DNA of 63,705 nt, filler included, from Reticulomyxa filosa (taxonomy: Eukaryota > Protista > Foraminifera): NCBI GenBank assembly GCA_000512085.1. It is 20 parts of 20 records of this genome, joined end to end, with 100 filler letters (N's around TTAATTAATTAA, not from the genome) between each part and the next. Parts side by side here need not be neighbours in the genome. Positions count along the whole stretch, not along the records: positions 24,814 to 33,529 come from ASPP01027992.1; positions 33,630 to 37,707 come from ASPP01022565.1; positions 37,808 to 41,888 come from ASPP01006181.1; 17 more parts are not named here. One strand, given 5' to 3'. Positions 25,842 through 37,960 of the stretch are shown one piece after another. The notes under the pieces are model-generated. The model ran no database searches. It saw only the letters and a program-made list of their open reading frames with translations, and had not been told where the DNA came from. Numbering within the stretch: position 1 is the first letter of the stretch; each line of letters begins with the position of its first letter. The position numbers and the translations under genes are program-made.

Positions 25842-27089
25842 ATGGCTCTATTTCTTGCATCTTTCTACAATAATAATAATGAAGGACATCTAGAAAGCAG
25901 CAATGTGCGATTTGTGGAGTTTTATAATCATGATATTTAATTGGACTTGTCCAAAGAGCTTATTATATTGGAACCAAGGATGTTGGTTCGACTAGACGAA
26001 TGCGGCGAATATGACATATTGGACGCAAAGCGCATTGAACATGTCAGTGAGTCGCAGCTGTTCGATGTAACATATAGACAAGGTCCATACAAGTCGTCGT
26101 GGCCCATCGCGTCGCAAGGTCACACGCTTGCCCACTGCCAAGACCACGATGCTACCTACGGCAAAGTTGTATCTTCTTCTTCATCGTTGTTATCGATGAC
26201 ATTGGAAAATTTTTGGATTTCGTTTCGTCTGTTGACGACAGACGATGACGTCGTGGTCCTGTTTCCCAACGAAGACACTCGTCCTACACTGGACCAGATT
26301 GCGTATTGGATTACGTGGCAGTCGCAAGATGCTCTGTTTACTCGAGACTAGTTGCTGTACTTTGCCACGCACAATCAAGTGCAGATGATGCTGCTCAACT
26401 ACACCATCGTCAGCAATGGTCAGTGCAATTTACCATTGTCGATTCATCATCTCTTTAATCCAAATTCCAATTCCACTTCTTCACATATTATTGTCTATGG
26501 CCATCCTTCCTATTGCTCCATGCATTCCAATGCACACTCCCACTCCTCCTTCCTGCCGTCTTTGTCACCGGGGATTTATGTTCGCAGTACGACAATCGTC
26601 CGCGATGCTACTGTGGACAGTCGTGGATATTGCTCGCCAACTATTCGTGCAAATCTCCTTCTCCTTCCTCCTCCAGCGACAGCTCCTCAATACTCAAGTC
26701 CAGACCTTTTCACTATCTTTCAACAGATTGCATATAATTTTCCCAAGGGCATTTACGTATACTACAACCTACTCTCGCAATCCACAACCAATAACAACAA
26801 CAATAATAATACAAATAATAAGAGAAATGAAATAAATGGACGTATGTATCTTTCATCGAGTAGCGATAGTGTTTCACTCATATTGTCTCTGCCATCCATC
26901 GATGCATCGCAAACATGGATCTGGTACTTGCTCCTTGTTGGCACCACGACCGGCATGGTCGGCGGCTACGTGCTCTACGTAAGTTTACGCAATCGATATT
27001 TGCAAAGCGAAGAAAAGTCGCACAATGCACTGCTCTTTGAACTGGGCGTCGAAGACATTGGCACGGGTGATGAATGTCAACAAGTTTAA
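25842..27089 (+). pseudogene. Hypothetical single-pass membrane protein with two in-frame stops
   Basis: One reading frame from ATG 25842, interrupted by TAA (25938) and TAG (26349). C-terminal TM segment WIWYLLLVGTTTGMVGGYVLYV. Confidence 0.5.
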
Positions 27090-27617
27090 TCCCTCCACTT
27101 TGTTGGACCAACTGCACTCCCAAAAAAAACAGCATCCAGACCTGGCCAACGCTCCCGTTCGAACTTTTAAGCCAAAGAAGAAGCGGCTCCCCTTAATATC
27201 TCTTTTTCATTTTTTAATTTTGTTTGAGTGTATTTGATAGGTGTACTTTGTTCTTCATCCTCTTAATTTTTTTTTTGTTTTAAAAGTTTTATAAACTGTT
27301 GTGGGTCGAAACTGCGCCACTTTTGTGAATCTTGTGGCCCACAAAACCAAATGAAAAGAGTTATCGTTCTTTTGTCCATTCTCACCTTTGTTTTTTTTTA
27401 AAAAGTCAGATCAAAGTCAACCTTTGATCGATGGTGTCCTTTTTTATTTTTTTTAAGCATGTTCAATCTTTTTAAAAAAAAAAGGTTTTATAGTTTTGAT
27501 TAACAAAAAAAGCAATTTAATAGAATCTATCTTCCGTTTTGAACAAAAAAAAAGGGATAACGCAATTTTTTTTAATAAATCACTTTTAGCATGTATGAAC
27601 CATCACTAAAAGACAAA

Positions 27618-29085
27618 ATGTTGATAATTTGTACATTAACCAGTCTTTTAGTTTACAAAAGTCTTGCATCGGGCGTCATAGAAACTAAATTCCTTGCAGC
27701 AGACTCGTTTTGACTTTTTTTTGTATATAATTTTTTTTGATATTGTCAGAAAAAAAGAGGTGTACGTTGTTGAAGTTATACAATGATCCTCACTTACCAA
27801 AATGTAATAAAAAAAAAAGTGGCGTCCAAGGGAACGTGACAGTAGCAGACAGCCAAATAACAGTGGATTTGACCGAATTGTTAGCAAGCGGCTTGCCATC
27901 GGGCTGTGACAGCTCACAAGGCTTTCTCTATTACGTGCATATGTCATGGAACAATGCCGAAAACAAAATTTACACCAGTACAGGTTGCGCATCCAGCGCA
28001 GTGATAGGACATTATGGTCAGGACAATATTTACCTTTTGTTTAAAAAAAAAGGGGGACAGATTAGAAGATATAATCACAAAAAAATGTTAATAATAATAA
28101 TAAAAGATCCTTACGCAGCTTGTGGTCCGAAAATGGGCAATTCATATTGTTCAGTGAAGAGGGGTTGTATTGATACTTCGTACTCTTGCTCGGACAATTT
28201 TGCATCGGATCGTTATGCATACGATGTGGGTGATTACAGTGGCAAGTACGGCATTTTGTTTTTAAACGGTGCTAACAAATTGTCGGTCGTAATCAGTTCG
28301 TTTGGAGATATCACCGGCGATCAATTAGCTTACAAATTAGTCGTCTTCCATTACGCCAATAACGGAGCCTCTACTTTCTGTGCCGCTCTGTTGTCTTTCA
28401 TTGCGCAACCGACAACTCCAGAGCATTTTGCGCTCTTTTCATTCTCCAGGATGGACTCATCGATGGAAACGGCACCGAATCCACCTGGACTTTGAGTGAT
28501 CAGTTAGGAAATCTATCCATAATGCCACCGTCAGCGCTTCGTGGAGCACCATTTCTTTGTATAGCAATGGACTTTAATATGTCAATATCAATGAAAGCTC
28601 TTTTACTTGTTCTTCCGATGATACTATTGATTATGGAGTCTTTCAAGGTTTTTTTTTTAGTTATGCATATGTGTATATACATATATATATATATATTTAT
28701 TTAGATTCATCCTGCACAAAAATGTATAATCCCACAATTCAATGCGTTTCCAAAAGTGAATACAATGATGTTTGGTGCGATGATGATACGACGTGCGATG
28801 TTGCCAGCGCATATGATTGCCAATTTAACTCATCGCCCTACTCGTGCTAACAGTCGGACTTTTCTGGAGAGTATGGGCTACACCGACAAACCAATCGATG
28901 TGAAGGAATGGGATGACTTAATGGTTCCTTTGGCACATTTGCGAACAAGATACTTTGGTATGTATTGCTCCAGCACATTGACTACCACATATTACCAGTC
29001 TTGGGATGTCGCCGTGCAACTCACACCAAGTCCAACCAAAAGACCCACTTTGCATCCTAGCTCCACCAACCAAACAGCCAACTAA
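27618..29085 (+). pseudogene. Secreted Cu/Zn-SOD-fold (Cu-only SOD-like) repeat protein with P/T-rich stalk, degraded
   Basis: Signal peptide MLIICTLTSLLVYKSLA; GVQGNVTV, LYYVHMSW, GCASSAVIGHY|DPYAAC and YDVGDYSGKYG. A second decayed repeat NPTIQC..YSC*QSDFSGEYG, then TPSPTKRPT. Confidence 0.6.
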
Positions 29086-30823
29086 AACATCCAAGCAAAT
29101 TTACAAGCTTCACACCAACACTAGCGCTATCTCTGTCACATAATCATTCACAATTCTCAATTCCTCAACCAATAGTGTATTCCAATGTTTCTTCTCTTAA
29201 TCTATCGATTGCTACAACTCAAAATCCAAGTCTCCTTCTCTGCATCATACCCCTATTCAAACTTCTCACCAAACAAACTCGGCTCAAACAATCAATACTC
29301 TTATTTGCAATGATCTCGTTATTGTGGATTTAAATACAAAAAAAAAGATATTTGTCGCTCAAAAAAGATAATCGACGTGGCCTTGTCTTTGTGATGATTA
29401 AACAAATAATGAGTCAATCTTTAATCGTGAAGCAATTGATCAGACATCCAACCGACCAAAGCAGTCAAACATATGAAATCAATGAAATTTATGAAATCAC
29501 TATCCGGGCCAAGGATAGTACAGCAACAGCAGTCGTATCACTCACATCTGCGGACAAGCAACAAGTATCGCAACGTCCTTGTCGACGACGTCGAAGCAGT
29601 TTCTTATTGCAATCGGCGATTGCCCACGAGACGATTCTGTATAGTCGCGCAAGTGCAAGAGAGCATCAAAACGTGGAAAGAGGTATTGCTATATCCAGAA
29701 TTTGAGTTTTTATTGCATGAAGAACAAGATGACGCAATATAATATTGCGACACGGACGAAGAGGAATTACGGAAAATGAGACCGATGAGGAAGGCAATAT
29801 TGGACCATCGCAGTATGTCAACTCATTGGAAGAGTTGTTTGCCACTTTGAAAGCTCAGTCCAACCCTGTTGATCCTCAACAACTGAACGAGCAAAGCAAC
29901 AAATAAATCGACAAAAATGCAAACAGAAAATTGGAAAAGGAAAATCAATATTGTAAAAAAGAGTCAAAGAAAAAAAATCAGCAGTTTAACATCTTTTTCC
30001 TTCGACAACAATGCAAACACGTCTTGGACTATCAGCCGCCACAACCAACGCTATATTTTCATTTGGAGCGAGCAAGAGCACAACCGCCACGAAGCATGCA
30101 GGAGGGGGGTATCTGAGAATGAACGACCAATCAGTGACTCGAAAAACAAGACAGACAGCACCTTGCTATTTGGCGAGACATTGAAATCCTCTGCAGCCCA
30201 ATGACAGTGTCAGAGACAGCAGAAGCGACCACAACGGGTAAGACGAGTGAGTCGGCATGAAATGAGGAAATGCCGACAGTTTCGTTCGCGTCGATGACGA
30301 CCAAGAAAAATTTGTTTAAAAGCAATGCTGAAGCCATGAACGACATTAAGAATGAGTTAGTCCAAAGTTGTCGTACTCCAAAAAAAAAAGCAGATAAATA
30401 AAAGTAGAAAAGTAAAATTAGACATGCCAGATTTGGACGATTAGACACAAAAGCGGCCTGCAAAAAAGCGCAAAGACAGTGAAGAGAACGAGGAAAACGA
30501 AGAGAAAGAATAGCATCAAGAAGTTGCAACAGAACCTTGGTCATGCTCAATTTGAACATTTATAAATGGACAGGACACAATCATTTGCGCGGCTTGCAAT
30601 TATCCGCGAGAGGGTAAACAAGGACAAGAACAGTTGCAGCTGACGACAAAAAGTATGTGCCATTTGCAAAACGGTCAATGTCCTGGAGGCCGTCACATGC
30701 AAAAATTGATTGTCGATTTCACCATTAGATTCTCCATTGAAAACTGCATCTTATACATACTATTTTTATGAAAAAAAAAATTATATAGTCTTGCGTCAAT
30801 TACAATTTTTGTTTTTCATTTTT

Positions 30824-30934
30824 ATTAAATACATGTTCGAAAAAAATTAAAATAAAAAAAAATGATAAAATTTTTTTATTTTTTATTTTTATCATTTTTT
30901 TTTATTTTATATTTTTTTTGAACATGTATTTAAT
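30824..30934. repeat. Imperfect ~110-bp AT-rich inverted repeat
   Basis: attaaatacatgttc ... gaacatgtatttaat (15-bp perfect ends) with complementary A/T-tract inner arms. Confidence 0.8.
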
Positions 30935-31399
30935 TATTATTGTTGTTTATGACTGTTGCTTGTGTGGCTTCGTGTCTTACTTGCTTGTTCGTCTTAACCG
31001 CTTTTTTTAAATCAGTTTGCAATACTTGTGATTTTGCTATTCGCACAAGGGCTTTTTAATTGCTCTGTCAATTTCTGTTCAATTTGTCAAGTTTTTCATC
31101 GTTCACTAGTCCGCTCCTTTTTTTTTTGACTATTTTTGACTACTTTTCAAACTTTGCTTTTTGTATAATTTCATATCCAATTACTTACCTTCCAATGTCA
31201 GCGACGTCCGTTTTTGAAGATTTTTTTTGGAAATATAAACATGTATCGATATCTTTTTAATATTTTCCAGCAAAAGCGCCCCCATTCGGACGCTTAGTTG
31301 ATTATAATTGTGATTTGTCATTGTACAATCTTAGTCTGATACTTGATTGACTCGAACAATGCAGCGGAGTAATTTATGTAATACACTTGAGTGTCCTAT

Positions 31400-32560
31400 T
31401 CGTCGGTAAAGTCGATAGTTTGGATGACAGATCTATTGAACGAAGAGATATTTTTGCCACTAACAACATGGATCCCTCTAATGTTGTTGTAAAACACGTA
31501 ATTTCTCATCATTATTGTTATAATGCTATATCCTGATACTTTGAACAAACTTGTCATACTTTGCAAATATTGCATCACAATGTTATCAAGCATCGCAGTA
31601 GTCAATTCCTATGCAAGGATCGCTGAAAACAGCATCGTTGCATTCACTATTGTGTCGTCATTCCACGTAATGATGCTTCGAATATTCATATCTCGTATTT
31701 GTAGTATAGCGCCTTTACAATGGTATCAATCGTCATATTGCTGACAGTTATTTTGGCGGCTGATGGCCAATGAACGCAAAGTTCGCCTCACTCACTTAGC
31801 TTGATTGCATATGCCAAGCGCAGCTGCAAAAAGCACGTATTGATGACCCCGTTACATTTGAGTTCTCGCTTTTGTATTCCTAGCCATCGATCAACAGTGA
31901 CTCGCACTTCCCATACTAATTGTAAAGTTTTGAAGGGTTATATTTATCAAAGGTGAGTCTTCATCTTCTGACTCGCTTGCAAGCGTTATGTGGATTCGCT
32001 TCATGTGCTTTACCTTTTCACATACACATATATATATATTTTTTTTTGGCATTTTCTTTTTTTGGATGTCCCTTTTCTTTAGCCATTACTTGTTCGTGAT
32101 TTTCAATAGCCATGCTGGTTCTGAACTCGATTTGGTGAAGATGTATCTGCTCATGAACCATGACATGGTATTCCCAGGAGATTCTGTTTTCCAATAGACT
32201 CAGATTGATGTTGGTCTGCAAGTACTTGAGCCATAGGATGGTCATTTTTATTTGGAAGATGTCGTTAATGGCATGATAGTGATAATTGGATCTTTGATAT
32301 ATGACACCTTCCAATTTTATGTTCAACGTCATATCTTTGATTAGATCGTTGAGCGTATGTTCGAACAAAAAGGCACGTCCAGAGACATTATTTTTAAATT
32401 GTTATGAATTACACTGTACTTAATGACTTGAACGTCAAATTCGATTTTGTTGGCTGCCACATTCAATACCTCGTAATTCATTCCTCGCTTGTCTGCTATC
32501 GTGTTGTGAAGCATGTCTTGTCCGATCGTGGATATCGACCCGCCAAATCTGAGCGCCACC
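31400..32560 (-). pseudogene. Fragmented hypothetical protein
   Basis: Overlapping protein-like minus ORFs (32341..32601, 32018..32368, 31396..31605) broken by frameshifts or introns. No motif recognised. Confidence 0.3.
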
Positions 32561-32699
32561 TCTTTATATATGTATATATATAAAGTAAGACTGGAATTCA
32601 TTGGTTTCTATGTTATTTGTATTATAATGCGTTGTAATAAATTCATCAAAATTTGTGTTGTGGCTCAACATGAATGTTTTCAATTGTCCTTGTTTGTGC

Positions 32700-33529
32700 A
32701 AGGCAAACTCTCATAGGCAACATCTATGCAGTAGTAGTTGCATTTTTATTTTCCTTTTCTTTTTCGTGTTCATTTGCTTTGGTATCGGTCGTGTCCACAA
32801 TCGTCAATGTGACAGTGCACCTTTTTTTGTTGTTCAGCGCTGGAGTCGGCCAAGAGTAGCTATTGTTAATAAAAGAAGACACATTAACTGTGTCTCACTT
32901 GCAAACACCAAAGTCCGAGGCTATAGACTATGTCGACGACGACAGGAATGAGAAAGACTGTAAAGAAGGCCACGTCGATGACCAAGTTAAGGAAATTGAA
33001 AGAGATGCATTTGCGAATAATGCTCATGCGTGTCTTGTTCCATTGCATTGTATGCACGATCAAGTACACAATCTCGATGCCACGATAGATGGAGCACAAA
33101 AAGACCAAAAACATTTGCACAAAGATTATATCCACAAACACAAAGCAGCCAATTGATCACCACTAAGCTCAAGCTGACAATGCAAGCATATCTCCATTCA
33201 GTGTACTCATTCTTCTCGCGATAAACTGAAAACGATCTCACAAAAGGAATTAATTTTTTATTCCCCCCCCCCCCCCCATGCATATGCACATGCATATTGT
33301 CCAGCTTGTACTGAGCTATAATATATTCATAAATATATATGATATGTATATATAACATCGCGTCCATATGAATACCAACACAATGGCATGGAGGATGGCG
33401 ATCCACTCGTAACACGTGAGCATCAAGTTCATCACCAGTGCCTTGCGCAATCATTCGTAGCTATCTTTCAAATACAATTCCCATTGCACGCGATTGCAAA
33501 CATATTAAATATCATTATATATTATATAC
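32700..33529 (-). CDS. Hypothetical multi-pass membrane protein fragment
   Basis: Successive hydrophobic segments (YACIVSLSLVVINWL; DIIFVQMFLVFLCSIY; LNLVIDVAFFTVFLIPVVVDIV) across frames. Confidence 0.35.
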
Positions 33530-33681
33530 NNNNNNNNNNNNNNNNNNNNNNNNNNNNNNNNNNNNNNNNNNNNTTAATTAATTAANNNNNNNNNNNNNNN
33601 NNNNNNNNNNNNNNNNNNNNNNNNNNNNNTTATTGAAAAAAATAATTTTAAAAAACAAAACATAAATAGTTAAATTGGGCA

Positions 33682-33966
33682 ATGGATCCGAAAGAACTAA
33701 AGAAAAAGAACCTGGCAAAAAACGCTGAACAGATAGAAGAAGAAAAAACAAAACCTGAAGAGGTGACAGCAGAAAATGCCGAGCCTGAAGAGATGACAGC
33801 AGAAAATGCCGAGCCTGAAGCGGCGACAGCAGAAAATGCCAAGCCTAAAGCGGCAAAAAAAGAAAATGGTAATGGGAAAAGTAAAAAACATGCCTCCAAA
33901 AAACGCAAGAGAGCAACCGGTCCCGCCCCAGCCCCAAAGTCAAATAAACGAATTAGAGTGGAGTAA
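33682..33966 (+). CDS. Small charged, disordered protein with 10-aa repeats and basic NLS-like tail
   Basis: Complete ATG..TAA ORF in AT-rich flanks. PEE(V/M)TAENAE-type unit three times; KKRKR..KSNKRIRVE. Confidence 0.6.
   Translation: MDPKELKKKNLAKNAEQIEEEKTKPEEVTAENAEPEEMTAENAEPEAATAENAKPKAAKKENGNGKSKKHASKKRKRATGPAPAPKSNKRIRVE
33754..33843 (+). repeat. 30-bp tandem repeat x3 (coding)
   Basis: cctgaag.g..gacagcagaaaatgcc.ag repeated at 33754, 33784 and 33814. Confidence 0.9.
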
Positions 33967-34579
33967 AAAATTATTCTTTTGTAATTTGTGTTTTTGAATT
34001 AATTTGAATTTATTTGTCTGGTTTTTGACAAACATTTTTATGTTTCGATTTATTAAGATTATCTTGTGTTTATATTGAAAAATGCTGTCAGGTGAGTTTT
34101 CAATACATTTGTTGGAAATCACAACAGCACAAAAAGTAATTCAGCCTGACACGCTTCGCATATTTCATGTTAAATGCAATGTTTTGTGCGTAGTTGTTGG
34201 ACGCAACGAGCCAGAAAATTTAAATTTTTTGTAATTACAAACAGTCAATTGCAGTTGATGTACTAGTAAACAAAATTGAGTTAAAATTGTTGAATACCTT
34301 TTACTAATAATTGTTATAATCGTTTGAAAATCGAAAAAAGTGTCTGCGCCAATGAAAAAGGTAAGACAGTGTCATAGTTTAAGCGCTTATCTTACATCGT
34401 TTTGAGTAGCGAAATTGGAAGAAGTTTCGAAGCCAGTGCTTAGCGTGTCAAAAGTTTTTGAAATGTATATAACAAAAGACGTACTAAGCTAATTATTGAA
34501 ATAATTTTAAACGTGAAATTTTTTGAATTTTTTTTTTGGATCAAAACTCGATTAATGACGAACAATTGCTCATATCACA

Positions 34580-36895
34580 ATGCCAACAGATGACATCGAA
34601 ACCACCTTTGAATTGTTGGCCTCATTGCCCGCCCAACTTTCTTGCAGTCCGTGTGTGGCACACAAGCACGAAATACTAATTTGCGGGTATTATCGCAATA
34701 ACGAGTGTTACTCTTACCATACATTGAAAAATCAGTACAAGCGGATTTGTTGTTACCCACAGGGCATTAGATTACTTGGCCATAGTGTTGTGAAGCTTAT
34801 GTCGAATGACAACCCTAATGCCGTAACATTGTTGTCTTTTGGTGGCGATGTTAAGCATACATTGGTGATGGAATATGTGAGTGTTTGGGATGAGGAAAGG
34901 AAAGGAGAAAGACTTGGAAGTGGACGAAAAAAGAGTTGTAATGAATGGGTGCCATTGATCGATACCATTTCTTCCAATCCAGTTAGCATTGGAAGAGATG
35001 AGGATAATTACGATGGAGTGCGTGCAGTGATTGGTGGAAGCAGCAATCATTTGTTATTTATCACATATCGTGAAAACAATATCGACGTGTTTAATTTGAA
35101 GACATTGCAATATGTGAAGCACAGTACCTTTCCGACTGTGCATGATGTATGTTATCATTGTCTGGTGATCAACAAGACAGATCACAAACGTGCATGCATG
35201 TGGAAGAAGCAAACCGAAATGACATTATTTTGTGAAAAGACTGGACTTTCGATTGTTTATGACGAACAGGATAATACATTTCAAATGAACAAACTCTGGG
35301 TTTGCACAACGATGCGAACCATTATCAAATATGCGTATGTTTGTGTGGATAATTTCATCCTGTTTTTCGGTGGACGAGATTACAATTCGTTGACCGCTTC
35401 CAAAGCGGTGTACAAATATTCCATGAAAGATGACAAGTGGACCAAATTCGAACGCACATTACCGCTCCCTTTGAGCGGTTGCGTTGGCGTGCTGAGTCAA
35501 GACCACGCTTTTGTGCATATCCTCGGCGGAGATGACGGCAGTGATAAACTCTTGACACACGTCAAAACTAACGTGGTCGAATGGACCAGACAAGAGACAA
35601 ACGTGGAGCAACTATGGGCTATCCAAGAAGAAGAAAAAAAAGACATTGAAGAGGTCAAAGTCGATGTTGAAGGAATAGAGGGTGATATTACTATCAAAAA
35701 ATTGAAAGTTTATTTTTTTTTTAATGATTTTATTTCCAAAAAAAAAAAAAAAAAAAAATTAAAAAATATATATATAAAAAAAAAAAAAAATTAGAGATCA
35801 CACGAAATTGAAATGATACTCAAACATTGGATTCGGCTATTAGCGATCAAGATGGGATGGATTGATGATTTTAATATTATCGTTATACGATATCTTTTGG
35901 TATCTCTTTTTTTTCGCTTTGTTTTGTTTTGTTGTTCAAATAATTCATATTGTAAAAAAAAAAGCAAACAAATAAATGAATGAACAACAACAACAACAAC
36001 AAAGTTAAAATATTTTAAGCCAGCAAAAGAATTGAATGGACCATTTGGAAGTGTAACATGTGTAAAATTCTCACCTGATGGGACAAAAATTATGCTGGCG
36101 TCAGATAACAAAACAATTCAATTATGGGATGGTCAATTCGAAAAGCAGATCCAAATAATGAAGGGACATGTGTATGCGGTAAACGATGCTCAATTTTCGC
36201 CAGATGGTAATACAATTGTGTCATGTTCATCGGATAAGACGATCAAATTCTGGGATGTACACACTGGGATGGAGATACGAACATTGGAGGGACATACAAG
36301 TCGGGTAATAAGTGTTCAATTTTCACCCGATGGAACTACTCTTGCATCAGGCTCGTGGGATCAAACAATTCGATTGTGGGATGTGCATTTAGCAAAAGAA
36401 ATTGCACTTTTGGAAGGACATTCGGAAGAGGTCAATTGTGTGAGATTTTCATCCAATGGACAAATGATTGTGTCGGCGTCAGGTGATAGAACAATTGGAA
36501 TATGGAGAGTCAAATCCGGTGAGAGAGTACATACGCTGACTGGCCATTTCGAGAGTGTACTGAGAGCACAATATTCTTTAGATAGTCGAGTTATTGTATC
36601 CTGCTCAAAGGATGAAACAATTCGAATATGGGATGCAACATCGGGCAATCAACTAAAAAAATTAAAAGGGCACATTGGCGTTATTACTGATTTGCAACTT
36701 TCATCAGATGGTCGAACTATTGTTTCCTGTTCTCAAGACAATTCCGTTCGATTGTGGGATATGAACTTGGGGATGCAAATACAGAAACTAATAAGTCATT
36801 CGCATCCTGTAACAGGTATTGATATTTCACCAGACGGTAATACTATTGTGTCATCTTCTGAAGATGGGACATTTCGACTATGGAGGGGGTTATAA
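34580..36895 (+). CDS. Kelch-like beta-propeller plus WD40-repeat protein (3 exons)
   Basis: Exon 1 (34580-35707) has Kelch-type GG motifs (LLSFGG, VIGG, LFFGG..KYS..W, HILGG). Exon 2 (35795-35899) reads RSHEIEMILKHWIRLLAIKMGWIDDF. Exon 3 (36005-36895) has about 7 GH..FSPDG..D.TIRLWD repeats. GT/AG phase-0 joins. Confidence 0.9.
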
Positions 36896-37960
36896 GGAGC
36901 ATACGTTTTCGAATCTAACTATGTCTTCAAACGACAAGCCTTTGAACAACGGAACGGAGATAAATTACCTTCTGGTTTTTGCTTTTTTTTTTTAAATAAC
37001 AAAGTGCGTAATTTTAAATTCAAAATACGTTTATTGTTTGTTGTGATAATCCTACTATTTTTAAAAGTATCAAATGCATCATCTTTTTTCTTCCAAAATG
37101 GAAATATATTTTTAAAAGTATAAGCGTTAGAAGGACACCGTGAGATAAGGATTGACAAGCAAATATATTGATTTCTATCGATTGATATTTGTAAATTTTA
37201 AATATAGCTTTTATATGTTTAGTCTGCTGTAACTTGCTCTTTTTTTTATCGTATGCAAACAAACAGCGCACGTTGACCGCTTTTCTGACTTTGTAACGAT
37301 CAAATGTTTTTGTGCTGTAAAGAGTGTTGACATCAATCTTTTTTACTGTTGGATCCCAATTGTAATACATTTACTTTGTAAATTTGTACTATTTAATGAA
37401 AATACTGCAAACGGAATGAAATATTTATATTTGTTTTCATTTCCAATGGGGAAGTAATTTTTAAATTTCAATTAGAGCTAATAGACATTCCCAATTGTGT
37501 TAAACAAAAAACTCGTCAACAGTTTAATTCGTGTATTCTTTTTCATCTGTCTGTGCAAGTTAGTTGTCGTTAATAAACCTAGAGTGTGTCTAAAAAGCAC
37601 GAAGAAGACGTGCAAATTGAGGAATCAAAGTGCAAAAGAAACAGGAGCGACGTTGTAGACTTTTTTTTAAGAATTGTGTCTCCCCGTTCACTAAATTTTT
37701 TTTTTTTNNNNNNNNNNNNNNNNNNNNNNNNNNNNNNNNNNNNNNNNNNNNTTAATTAATTAANNNNNNNNNNNNNNNNNNNNNNNNNNNNNNNNNNNNN
37801 NNNNNNNCCCCCCCCGCCCTCCTCTTATTTTGCATAGGGGCCGATAATTGAGTATAATACTCAATATTTTTTCGTGATGTTGAACTTTTCTACAATTGAA
37901 CTTTTTTTTTTTTTTTTTTTACCTCCTTCCCCCCCCCTCGCCTTTTTTTTTAAAAATAGA

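Noticed and set aside
25842-27089. Genome-wide alternative genetic code (TAR=Gln)
   Set aside because: Long conserved exons (USP, EEP, Kelch, WD40) have no in-frame TAR, and genes end in TAA. In-frame stops occur together with other decay.
29352-30720. Possible gene with a C-terminal Cys/His finger
   Set aside because: Too fragmented by stops and frameshifts to call a product.
33754-33843. 30-bp repeats as a CRISPR array
   Set aside because: They are directly tandem with no spacers, in-frame within a coding region, and no cas genes are present.
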